Part shown: positions 47,102-55,917 of the stretch, piece after piece | How the letters are laid out: each line of letters begins with the position of its first letter | Numbering within the stretch: the first letter of the stretch is position 1 | Source of the DNA: Firmicutes bacterium CAG:884 | GTDB taxonomy: Bacteria; Bacillota_I; Bacilli_A; RF39; UBA660 | Assembly (NCBI GenBank): GCA_000433875.1 | Contig: HF993346.1 | Coordinates: 2,908-66,907 of the forward strand | DNA length: 64,000 bases | Direction: 5' to 3' | The notes under the pieces: model-generated | What the model saw: only the letters and a program-made list of their open reading frames with translations | What the model was told of the DNA's origin: nothing | Databases searched by the model: none | Position numbers and translations under genes: made by a program

Positions 47102-47689
47102 ATGAATTATCAAAAGGAACTAGAAAAGTTAATCAGTACTTTAGATCATAAACCAACATTACTCCTTCATTCCTGCTGCGCTCCTTGTTCTTCATATGTA
47201 CTTGAATATTTAGAACCTTATTTTAAAATAACGGTTCTTTATTATAATCCTAATATAGAACCAATTAATGAATATTTAAAGAGAAAAGAAGAGCAAATTA
47301 ATTTTATTAAGAATGTTCATCCTAATATATCTATATTAGATGTTCAATATGATAATGATTTATATAGTGGGGTAGTAGAAGGACTTGAAGGCGAAAGAGA
47401 AGGTGGAAGTAGATGCTACAAGTGTTATAAGCTTAGAATTGAAAAAACGGCATCTCTTGCTGATGATAAATACGAATATTTTGGAACTACTTTAAGTGTA
47501 AGTCCTCATAAGAATGCAAATTTTATTAATGAAATTGGTAAAGAATTAGAACAAAAATATAATTCAAAATTTTTAATATCAGACTTTAAGAAAAACGAAG
47601 GATATAAAAGGTCTATTGTTTTGTCTAAAGAATATAATTTATATAGACAAGATTATTGTGGATGCAAATATTCGAAAAGGACTGATTAA
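47102..47689 (+). CDS. queH: Epoxyqueuosine reductase QueH (DUF208)
   Basis: Conserved LLLHSCCAPCS motif plus further Cys (C..C, CGC), typical of QueH. 195 aa. AGGAGGA SD. Confidence 0.75.
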   Translation: MNYQKELEKLISTLDHKPTLLLHSCCAPCSSYVLEYLEPYFKITVLYYNPNIEPINEYLKRKEEQINFIKNVHPNISILDVQYDNDLYSGVVEGLEGEREGGSRCYKCYKLRIEKTASLADDKYEYFGTTLSVSPHKNANFINEIGKELEQKYNSKFLISDFKKNEGYKRSIVLSKEYNLYRQDYCGCKYSKRTD

Positions 47690-48448
47690 GTGAAAACAAT
47701 TATATATGGAGTGCTTGAAGGTATAACAGAATGGTTACCAATAAGTTCAACTGGACATTTAATATTATTAAAGAGTTTATTACCTCTAAATGTAACAAGT
47801 GAATTTTGGAGTTTGTTTGAGGTTGTAATTCAGTTTGGCGCAATTATGGCAGTAGTTTTGCTTTATTTTAATAAATTATGGCCATTTAATAAGAATTACA
47901 AGGAATGCATTAAATTATGGTTAATGATAATTATATCTTGCATTCCATCAGCAATAGTTGGCATTTTATTTGATGAAGTATTTGAAAAATATTTTTATAA
48001 TAAAACATCAATTGCTTTTGCACTTATAATAGTTGGAATATTATTTATTGTTGTAGAAAAGTATAATAAACCTGGTAATAAGGAAATAACTTATAAATCA
48101 GCGTTTATAATTGGTTTGGCACAGGTAATAGCTGCTATATTTCCTGGAACGTCAAGATCGGGAATAACTATTATAACGGCTCTTTTACTTGGAATATCAA
48201 GAGAAAAAAGTACAGAATTTACATTTTTAATGTCGGTTCCAGTAATGTTTGGTGCAAGTTTTCTTAAACTATTTAAGTTTGGATTTGTATTTGCTGAAAG
48301 TGAAGCTTTATCATTAATGTTTGGTACTGTATCAGCCTTTATAACATCCATATTTGTAATTAAGTTTTTACTAAAATATATAAAAAATAATAATTTTATA
48401 CCATTTGGTATATATAGAATCATTTTAGGAGTTTTGATTTTGTTATGA
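47690..48448 (+). CDS. uppP: Undecaprenyl-diphosphate phosphatase
   Basis: GVLEGITEWLPISSTGHLIL and PGTSRSGITI are UppP/BacA signature motifs. GTG start immediately after the queH stop. Confidence 0.88.
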   Translation: MKTIIYGVLEGITEWLPISSTGHLILLKSLLPLNVTSEFWSLFEVVIQFGAIMAVVLLYFNKLWPFNKNYKECIKLWLMIIISCIPSAIVGILFDEVFEKYFYNKTSIAFALIIVGILFIVVEKYNKPGNKEITYKSAFIIGLAQVIAAIFPGTSRSGITIITALLLGISREKSTEFTFLMSVPVMFGASFLKLFKFGFVFAESEALSLMFGTVSAFITSIFVIKFLLKYIKNNNFIPFGIYRIILGVLILL

Positions 48449-48750
48449 AGAAGTTTAATATGATAGATGAATCATTTATATGTGAAATATGTGGAAAAAA
48501 TGTAGATAAATTAAATTATACAGCTCGTGATCATTGTAAATATTGTTTATGTTCTAAACATTTAGATAATAATCCTGGTGATAGAGCTTCTTTATGTAAA
48601 GGTGTATTAAGACCGATTGATGTTGAAAAAAGTAAAGATACATATAAAATAATATATAAATGTGATAAATGTGGAATAATTAAAAAAAATAAAATCGCAG
48701 ATGATGATAATTTTGAAAAAATACTAGAAATTATGAAAAACAAGGAGTAA
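48445..48750 (+). CDS. Small zinc-ribbon protein (RNHCP-domain-like)
   Basis: 101 aa with CEICGK...RDHCKYCLC...CDKCG; the RDHC motif resembles the RNHCP family. Tentative. Confidence 0.4.
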   Translation: MKKFNMIDESFICEICGKNVDKLNYTARDHCKYCLCSKHLDNNPGDRASLCKGVLRPIDVEKSKDTYKIIYKCDKCGIIKKNKIADDDNFEKILEIMKNKE

Positions 48751-48753
48751 ATA

Positions 48754-49668
48754 ATGATATATGTAGTATATGGTAAAGAAGAATATTTAGTTGATCAAAA
48801 GGTAAAAGAACTAACAAAAAATCCTATAACATATGATTTAGAATTTGATAATTTAAAAGATATTTTGTTTGATGCTTCAATGATATCATTGTTAGATGAT
48901 AAAAAGTATATTGTCGTAAATAATCCTTATTTTTTATCGATGGCTAAAGAAGGTGAACCTAATATTGATACGAGCGTATTAGAAGATTACCTTAATAATA
49001 TTAATCCTAATACGGTTATAGTGTTTAAATATTATCGTGAGAAATTGATGGAAACTAAGAAAATAACTAAATTACTTAAAAATAAAGGTATTTTTTATGA
49101 GTTTAATAAAGTAAATAATTTAGATATTATTAAAGATAGGTTTGATGGTTATAAAATTGATAAAGAAAGTATTAATATTTTAATAGATAGAGTAGGGGAT
49201 AATACTGCTGTTTTGATAAATGAAATTGAAAAATTAAAAACATATAAATATGATACAAAGGAAATAACAAAAGAAGATGTTTTAGAGATTAATAAATATG
49301 AAGAAATTGATTTTTTTAAGTTTATTGATCATATAATTAATAAAGAAAAAGATCTTGCTTTAAATGAGTATTTTAGTTTACTTAATCAAAAAGAAGAACC
49401 TATTAAAATACTCATTGTTATAGCATCTAAAATAAGATTAATGTATCAAGTAAAGGTACTTAGTGAAAAAGGCTTTACTGTTAATGATATTGCAAATAAG
49501 CTTGAGACGAAAAGTTATCCTATACAATTAGCTGGTATAGCTGCTAAAAAGTACTCAAAAGATAAACTATTAAATACTTTGATTAACATTGGTGAACTTG
49601 ATGAAAATATAAAAACAGGAAAGGTTGTTCCTGTTAATGCACTTGAATTATTTATAATTAATTTATAG
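48754..49668 (+). CDS. holA: DNA polymerase III delta subunit
   Basis: 304 aa. N-terminus IYVVYGKEEYLVDQKVKEL and overall architecture match HolA. AAGGAG SD. Confidence 0.65.
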   Translation: MIYVVYGKEEYLVDQKVKELTKNPITYDLEFDNLKDILFDASMISLLDDKKYIVVNNPYFLSMAKEGEPNIDTSVLEDYLNNINPNTVIVFKYYREKLMETKKITKLLKNKGIFYEFNKVNNLDIIKDRFDGYKIDKESINILIDRVGDNTAVLINEIEKLKTYKYDTKEITKEDVLEINKYEEIDFFKFIDHIINKEKDLALNEYFSLLNQKEEPIKILIVIASKIRLMYQVKVLSEKGFTVNDIANKLETKSYPIQLAGIAAKKYSKDKLLNTLINIGELDENIKTGKVVPVNALELFIINL

Positions 49669-49673
49669 AGGAA

Positions 49674-50885
49674 TTATTTTTTTAATTCTTCTATTTTTTT
49701 ATAGTATTCAACTAATGATGCTTCATATTTACTACTTACTTTAGGTTCAAAAAATTTTGCGTTTTTAATTTTATCTGGTAAGTATTGTTGTTTTACAAAA
49801 TGATTTGGATAGTCATGGGGATATTTATAATCTGGTGATGATGTTTTGATGTGATTTGGTACATTACCGGTATCGCTTGTTTCAATTGCGGTTATTGCTT
49901 TATCTAAACTCATGTAACCGTTATTTGATTTAGGACTTAAGGCCATATCTATTATCATAACGGATAATGGTATTCTAGCTTCTGGAAAGCCAATTCTTTC
50001 ACAAGCATTTATACAAGCATCAACTTTAACACCAATAATTGGATTAGCAAGTCCTATGTCTTCGTAGGCTATTACGGTCATTCTTCTATAAATACTATCA
50101 TAGTCTTCACTTTCGATTAAACGTGCTAGATAATAAAGTGCAGCATCTACATCAGATCCTCTAATTGATTTTTGAAAGGCACTTAATAGGTCGTAATGGC
50201 CATCACCATTGGCATCACTAAAAATTACTTTTTTAGAATTGATGCTTTTTATTACATCTAATGTTACATTATAATCATCGGTTGCAACATATGCCATTTC
50301 AAGTATGTTATATGCAAATCTTAGGTCACCGCCAGATAATGATGCTATATATAATAGATTATCATCTGTTATTTTTATATTTTCTAATGCTTCATTTTGA
50401 CATGCTCTTTTTAGACCGATTACAATATCTTCTTTTGTTAATTCTTTTAATTCAAATATTTGACATCTACTTCTTATTGCGGGATTAATTGAATGATATG
50501 GGTTAGATGTTGTCATTCCTATCAATGTGATTAGACCATTTTCTAGGTATGGTAGTAATAAATCTTGTTTATCTTTATTTAGTCTATGAATTTCATCCAT
50601 TAAAACAACAATACCGCCATACATTTTGGCTTCTTCGGCTACTATGTCAAAATCTTTTTTATTGTTAATTGTAGCATTTAACATTCTATATTTTAAGCCC
50701 ATTTCATTTACTAATGCTAATGCAATTGTTGTTTTACCAATTCCTGGTTTACCATATAGTATCATTGAAAAAAGTCTTTTGTTCTTTGCAATATTTGATA
50801 GTATTTTTCCTTCTCCTATTAGGTGTGATTGTCCTATAACTTCATTTAAACACTTTGGTCGCATTTTAACTGCAAGTGGTTCCAT
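49674..50885 (-). CDS. rarA: Replication-associated recombination protein A (AAA+ ATPase RarA/MgsA)
   Basis: MRPKCLNEVIGQSHL...ILYGKPGIGKTTIA Walker A, DEIHRLNK Walker B, and a C-terminal MgsA domain. Confidence 0.88.
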   Translation of the reverse strand: MEPLAVKMRPKCLNEVIGQSHLIGEGKILSNIAKNKRLFSMILYGKPGIGKTTIALALVNEMGLKYRMLNATINNKKDFDIVAEEAKMYGGIVVLMDEIHRLNKDKQDLLLPYLENGLITLIGMTTSNPYHSINPAIRSRCQIFELKELTKEDIVIGLKRACQNEALENIKITDDNLLYIASLSGGDLRFAYNILEMAYVATDDYNVTLDVIKSINSKKVIFSDANGDGHYDLLSAFQKSIRGSDVDAALYYLARLIESEDYDSIYRRMTVIAYEDIGLANPIIGVKVDACINACERIGFPEARIPLSVMIIDMALSPKSNNGYMSLDKAITAIETSDTGNVPNHIKTSSPDYKYPHDYPNHFVKQQYLPDKIKNAKFFEPKVSSKYEASLVEYYKKIEELKK

Positions 50886-50977
50886 AATATCACCTTTCTT
50901 TAATAATTATACATTATTTTGCTCTATTTTTAAATACAAATTGTTATAAAAATGATATAATAATACTAGTGATAGAT

Positions 50978-51850
50978 ATGGAATATATATATAATTATTT
51001 GAAATATTTAGAGTATGAAAAAAAATATAGTGCGAATACAATTAGTTCATATGCAAATGCTTTAAAAAAGTATGATAGTTTTATTAATAAAAATAATATA
51101 GATTATAAATATATAACTGAAAAACAGATTAATTTATTTTTAAATGATTTAAGGAAGGTTAATTGTCCGAGGACTGTTTCTTATACTTTAACGGTTTTAA
51201 AGAGTTTTTATAATTATTTAATTATTGAAAAGGTAGTAGGGAAAAATATATTTTATAATATTGATATGCCTAAATTAAGTAGTAAACTGCCTTCTGTTCT
51301 TTCATATGAAGAGGTAGATAGATTGCTTGATATAAAGCCTGTAGATGCCTTTTCCGCAAGAAATAAGGCTATATTAGAGCTAATGTATGCTAGTGGTCTT
51401 AGAATTAGTGAAACTGTTAATTTGAAATTATATGATATTGATTTAACTAATGATATTGTTAAGGTATTTGGTAAGGGTTCAAAGGAAAGAATTATTCCTA
51501 TGGGAAATGTTGCTGTTGCAGCTTTAAATATTTATATTAATGAATACAGATATAAGATGCTTAAAAATAAAAAAAATGATTATTTGTTTTTGAATAATCA
51601 TGGTAATAAATTAACAAGGCAAGGATTGTTTAAAAATTTAAAAAGTTTATTAAAAGAGAAGGGGATTAATAAAGATGTTTCACCTCATACACTGAGACAC
51701 AGCTTCGCAACTCACCTACTCAATAATGGGGCGGATTTGAGAGTTATACAAGAATTGCTTGGTCATTCATCGATTAAGACAACTCAAATATATACTCATA
51801 TATCTGATGAACATTTAAGAGAACAATATAATAGTCATCCACATGAATAA
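50978..51850 (+). CDS. xerD: Tyrosine recombinase XerD/XerC-like
   Basis: C-terminal catalytic HTLRHSFATHLLNNGADLRVIQELLGHSSIKTTQIYTH with the R..H..R..Y residues. The N-terminal core-binding domain uses the xer-typical 'TISSYANAL' style. The track start (GTG 50969) is slightly earlier. Confidence 0.8.
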   Translation: MEYIYNYLKYLEYEKKYSANTISSYANALKKYDSFINKNNIDYKYITEKQINLFLNDLRKVNCPRTVSYTLTVLKSFYNYLIIEKVVGKNIFYNIDMPKLSSKLPSVLSYEEVDRLLDIKPVDAFSARNKAILELMYASGLRISETVNLKLYDIDLTNDIVKVFGKGSKERIIPMGNVAVAALNIYINEYRYKMLKNKKNDYLFLNNHGNKLTRQGLFKNLKSLLKEKGINKDVSPHTLRHSFATHLLNNGADLRVIQELLGHSSIKTTQIYTHISDEHLREQYNSHPHE

Positions 51851-51880
51851 ACAGAACCAATTATGGTTCTGTCTTTTTAG
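51851..51880 (+). terminator. Rho-independent terminator after xerD-like gene
   Basis: acagaaccaattatggttctgtcttttt: 8-bp stem followed by a T-run. Confidence 0.65.
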
Positions 51881-51885
51881 GTAAT

Positions 51886-51990
51886 TTATTTGCAATCATT
51901 ACATTTGCAATCATTGCATCTACAGTTATTATCTAAAGCTTTGCTATTATTTTTTGCATTTTGTTTAGCTTTCTTTTCTGCTTTTTTCAT
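51886..51990 (-). CDS. Unannotated small ORF: 34-aa Lys-rich / Cys-rich peptide
   Basis: Minus-strand ATG at 51990, preceded by GGTGATTAAAAATG (GGTGA SD, 6-nt spacer). Product MKKAEKKAKQNAKNNSKALDNNCRCNDCKCNDCK, stop TAA. It falls below the ORF-track size cutoff. At the DNA level ttgcaatcatt is directly repeated. Confidence 0.4.
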   Translation of the reverse strand: MKKAEKKAKQNAKNNSKALDNNCRCNDCKCNDCK

Positions 51991-52679
51991 TTTTAATCAC
52001 CCAATATTATTATTAACAAATAAATAGGGAATATAACAGTTTTATTTTCCAATTTATAGAAGTTAACATAACATACATTATCGGAAGTTAGATATATTTA
52101 AAAAAGATGAATAATTATAAAGCTTAATTCAAAATAAAAATATGCTAGTTAACATAATGTGGTTTTATTATAATACTATATTATTCATATATATTAGTAT
52201 GTAATATATATATATTTGATTTTATGTGATTACTTTTTATTTTGATTCTCTTTTAATTGTTTTTTTTAATTCATCAATAATTTTATTTTTTTGTTTAATA
52301 AATAATTATAAAATTAATATTATTTTTTTTTAAATATTTTTATTTTATTTTTAATATATTTATTTAATATGTATTTAAATTGGTGTTATAGTTGAAATTT
52401 TTTATTACACTTATTTACTTTTAAAAATAAATAGTTTTAAATGAATAGGTGATATTTTTTGTGATAATATTGAGTTTATACTATAAAAAATACGAATATG
52501 TCTAAAAATTATTCGTATTCCCTACTCTACTATTATATGTAAAGTAAATGTTAAGATATTAAATAAGAAAGTTTATTCATTTGGTTTTTTTCTATGTGTT
52601 TATTAGTGTTTCTTTGCAAACTCACAAAGAGCACACCAAATAGCTAATATTACTATTAAAAACGTCATTTTATCTTGGC

Positions 52680-53468
52680 CTAATTTGTTACTTTTCTTGA
52701 TTGTATTTCAGCGATCTTTTCCAATACTTCTGCAGCATTCTTTTCATTTATTTCAGTATAGTTAAGTTCTTTTAACGCTTGAACTTTAGCAGAATTAAGT
52801 TCTAAAGTACGACTCATTTTTTCTTCCATTTTATGTTCTATTTGGTCAACGAATCTTTTGTGTGATTCAGCAATTTTTGTTTCACTTACATTCTTATTTC
52901 CATATAAAGTCATTGCTGAGAATAAAATACTTTCAAATATAAATTGATCTTGTTCATTAAATGCGAATTCCATTGGTTTAGTAAATCCAGCTGCTTTTGA
53001 AACATATGCTAACATATATTTAAGTTCTTTAGATGTATCAATTGATTGTAAGAAATGATATAAATACTTAACAGTATAGTATCCTTCTTCACATTCTTCA
53101 TCGTCGCCTTCTAATCTTTCTTTTAATGCTTCTATAACATTTTTTAATAGTTCTTTTTGATTTTTACCAATTCCATTTAGTAAACTATTGCCATCATTAA
53201 TAGAACTTGTTGTTGAATTTTCAAATAAATTATTTATTCTTGTTTCAACATCCATAATATAATCTGTATCAACTTTTATGTTTTCTATTTCATCAACTGA
53301 TTTTATTCCAAGTAGATTCAAAAGTAAAACTTTCTTATCTTTTGGCCATTTATTTATATCATCCATTTCTAAATAGTTATATATCATTTGTCTTGAAACA
53401 CCTAAAAACTTTGCAAGTTTTACTTTAGAAATGCCAAGTTCGTGTAAAATGTCATTTAATTTTTCCAT
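52680..53468 (-). CDS. XRE-family HTH-domain protein with uncharacterised C-terminal domain
   Basis: N-terminal HTH LGISKVKLAKFLGVSRQMIYNYL (HTH_3/XRE), then ~200 aa without recognisable motifs. GGAGGG SD. Confidence 0.6.
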   Translation of the reverse strand: MEKLNDILHELGISKVKLAKFLGVSRQMIYNYLEMDDINKWPKDKKVLLLNLLGIKSVDEIENIKVDTDYIMDVETRINNLFENSTTSSINDGNSLLNGIGKNQKELLKNVIEALKERLEGDDEECEEGYYTVKYLYHFLQSIDTSKELKYMLAYVSKAAGFTKPMEFAFNEQDQFIFESILFSAMTLYGNKNVSETKIAESHKRFVDQIEHKMEEKMSRTLELNSAKVQALKELNYTEINEKNAAEVLEKIAEIQSRKVTN

Positions 53469-53550
53469 ACTTCATACCCTCCAATTATAATTTTACCACA
53501 AAGCAAATAAATGTCAAGTAAAAGTAAATAAATATTATAAAAACACCATA

Positions 53551-54660
53551 TTATACATATGATATTTTATTATTCGACTCATCATAAACTTCTTCAATAA
53601 TACCACCAAGAATACATTCATCATTTAGATATAAAACACAGGCTTGTCCTGGTGTTACAGCTTTTACTCCTTGCGGGTATTTAACAAGTATATTATTATC
53701 GTCTAAGTATTCAACTTGAACATCTATATCAGGTTGTCTATATCTAAATTTTGCTGCACATTTTTCAGGCCTTTTATCTGATAGAAAGTTAATATCACTT
53801 ATATGTGCACTATAAGAAAGTAAATATTTGTTTTCTTCACCAAAAGCTACATATAAAATATTTTTATTTAAATCTTTTCCAACAACAAACATTTTATCGG
53901 TATTTCCACCAATATTTAAACCTTTTCTTTGACCGATTGTGTAATACATTAAACCAATATGTTCACCAACTTTATTTTTTGTATCTATATCAACAACAAT
54001 ACCTGGTTTATTGGGCAAATAATTCGATAGAAATTGTTTAAAGTTTCTTTCACCTATAAAACATATTCCAGTTGAATCTTTTTTACTAGCAGTTACAAGA
54101 CCATATTCTGATGCAATCTTTCTAACTTCAGGCTTGCATATATCACCAAGTGGAAATAATACATCTTTAAACATATCTTTATTAACTTGTGATAAAAAAT
54201 AACTTTGGTCTTTATTTGTATCAATTGCTTTATAGAGTTTACCATCTATACATCTAGCATAATGACCAGTCGCGATTTTGTCAGCACCTAATTTTTTAGC
54301 TTCTTTAACAAACATATCAAACTTAATATATTTGTTGCACATTATATCTGGATTAGGGGTTCTTCCTTTTTTTAATTCATCTAAAAAATAAGTAAATACA
54401 TAATCCCAATATTCTTTAACAAAATCTACTCTATGTAAAGGAATACCTATTTTTTCACATACTTTAACGGCATCATTATAATCTTGTTCTTGTGGGCATA
54501 TATTGTTATCTAAATTAGGATTACCGTTAAAATCATTATTAACCATACTATCCCAATTTCTCATGAACAAACCAATTACTTCATATCCAGCTTTTTTAAG
54601 TAGAATGGCACCTACACTACTATCTACGCCTCCACTCATCCCAATTACAACTTTTTCCAT
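53551..54660 (-). CDS. mnmA: tRNA-specific 2-thiouridylase
   Basis: PP-loop VVIGMSGGVDSSV, catalytic Cys regions, C-terminal domain. A GGTGA SD supports the ATG at 54660. Confidence 0.88.
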   Translation of the reverse strand: MEKVVIGMSGGVDSSVGAILLKKAGYEVIGLFMRNWDSMVNNDFNGNPNLDNNICPQEQDYNDAVKVCEKIGIPLHRVDFVKEYWDYVFTYFLDELKKGRTPNPDIMCNKYIKFDMFVKEAKKLGADKIATGHYARCIDGKLYKAIDTNKDQSYFLSQVNKDMFKDVLFPLGDICKPEVRKIASEYGLVTASKKDSTGICFIGERNFKQFLSNYLPNKPGIVVDIDTKNKVGEHIGLMYYTIGQRKGLNIGGNTDKMFVVGKDLNKNILYVAFGEENKYLLSYSAHISDINFLSDKRPEKCAAKFRYRQPDIDVQVEYLDDNNILVKYPQGVKAVTPGQACVLYLNDECILGGIIEEVYDESNNKISYV

Positions 54661-54687
54661 AAAAATCACCAAAGATATTATACTATT

Positions 54688-55281
54688 TTATATAAAATTT
54701 AACAATATTTTTGGTAAAATAAATCCTTCATATAACGAAAATATAAAAGAAATGCCAAATATAATTAAAAAAACAAATAAATATTTTTTACTGACATTTT
54801 TAAAATTAATTGTTTTTCCTTTAAATAAAGAAAATATTAAATTAGTTGATATTGAAAGTGAAAATAAAAGCATAATGCTAAATAATAATAGATATATAAA
54901 GCCTGATGGTAAGAAATATGCTATACTTGCTGTATAATAGTTAGTTGTTTTCATTATTAATGTTATATATAAACCAGTTACAAAGTTTTTTGCAAAAAAT
55001 ACAAGCGTACTTGTAAAGAAACCGGTAATTGAAAAGGCACATATAAATATTAGAACTAAAATAATTAGATTAAATATTAGACTCCTTAAGAATAGGGTAA
55101 AATATTTTTTGTTTTTTATATAATTTAGATATTTATTAATAAAATCAATACACTTTGTTTTATCACTATAAGAAATAAAGAAATAGAAACATATTCCAGC
55201 TGCTAGTCCTACTAAGGCTATTGTAAATATAAAATATAAACTTTTTTTGTTTTCTTTGAAAAACATAATTATCTTGTTCAT
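54688..55281 (-). CDS. Hypothetical polytopic membrane protein
   Basis: ~197 aa, 5-6 hydrophobic helices, GGGTGA SD. No family recognised. Confidence 0.45.
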   Translation of the reverse strand: MNKIIMFFKENKKSLYFIFTIALVGLAAGICFYFFISYSDKTKCIDFINKYLNYIKNKKYFTLFLRSLIFNLIILVLIFICAFSITGFFTSTLVFFAKNFVTGLYITLIMKTTNYYTASIAYFLPSGFIYLLLFSIMLLFSLSISTNLIFSLFKGKTINFKNVSKKYLFVFLIIFGISFIFSLYEGFILPKILLNFI

Positions 55282-55388
55282 TAAATCACCCAATTAATTT
55301 TATTAAAATATTTAAAATATATTCCTTTTTTATAAAAAATATTATATAATTAATATGAGGTGTGAATGTGAAAAAAAATAAGAAAAAT

Positions 55389-55502
55389 ATGCCACCTAAA
55401 AAGAAACATAATGTAACAAAAATAGTAGTATGGATTATGTTGATATTAATGGTTGCATCAAGTGCAGTGCCACTAATTATATATGCTATTGAAGGCAGAT
55501 GA
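55389..55502 (+). CDS. Possible small membrane protein (37 aa)
   Basis: MPPKKKHNVTKIVVWIMLILMVASSAVPLIIYAIEGR: basic N-terminus plus one TM helix. TATAAT box at 55344-55349. A GTG at 55368 with a GAGGTG SD is an alternative start. Followed by a bidirectional terminator. Confidence 0.3.
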   Translation: MPPKKKHNVTKIVVWIMLILMVASSAVPLIIYAIEGR

Positions 55503-55535
55503 AAAAAAGGACTTTTTAGTCCTTTTTTAATAAAT
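55503..55535. terminator. Bidirectional terminator (small ORF / mscL)
   Basis: aaaaaaaggactttttagtcctttttttaa: stem aggact/agtcct with A-run and T-run flanks. Confidence 0.65.
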
Positions 55536-55917
55536 CTCTAATTTCTTCAAGTAAAACAACTTCATCACTTTTCTTAGGTGCTTCTTCTTTCTTTTCTTCT
55601 TTTTTCTCATTCTTTTCTTTCATTTTATGGAAGTTATTAATAACTCTAACTAATAAGAATAAGCAGAATGCTGTTGCTAAAAAATTAATTATGTTTTGAA
55701 TAAATAAGCCATATTTTATTGTTGCTTCCCCTATTTTTAATACTAAACCAGAAAAGTTAATTCCTCCGATTATTATACCTATTATAGGCATAAATATATC
55801 ATTTACAAGTGAATTAACGATTGTATTAAATGCACCACCGATAATAACGCCGACTGCTAAATCTAAAACGTTTCCTCTTGATATGAATGTTTTAAACTCA
55901 TTAATAAATTTTTTCAT
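55516..55917 (-). CDS. mscL: Large-conductance mechanosensitive channel
   Basis: MKKFINEFKTFISRGNVLDLAVGVIIGGAFNTIV... is the canonical MscL N-terminus/TM1. 133 aa. GGAGGTGG SD. Confidence 0.9.
   Translation of the reverse strand: MKKFINEFKTFISRGNVLDLAVGVIIGGAFNTIVNSLVNDIFMPIIGIIIGGINFSGLVLKIGEATIKYGLFIQNIINFLATAFCLFLLVRVINNFHKMKEKNEKKEEKKEEAPKKSDEVVLLEEIRDLLKKD

Noticed and set aside
52180-52208. Possible dif (XerCD) site, because of a TATGTAA-like element next to an AT hexamer downstream of the xerD-like gene
   Set aside because: Only the putative XerD arm (gTATGTAAtat vs TTATGTAAACT) matches. The XerC arm (attattcatat vs ACTTCCTAGAA) does not. In DNA this AT-rich, such partial matches are expected by chance.
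52641-52682. 20-codon hydrophobic ORF (MTFLIVILAIWCALCEFAKKH) 11 nt after the HTH gene stop on the minus strand
   Set aside because: No SD, very short, and located upstream of the mapped terminator hairpin. Most likely part of the 3' UTR.
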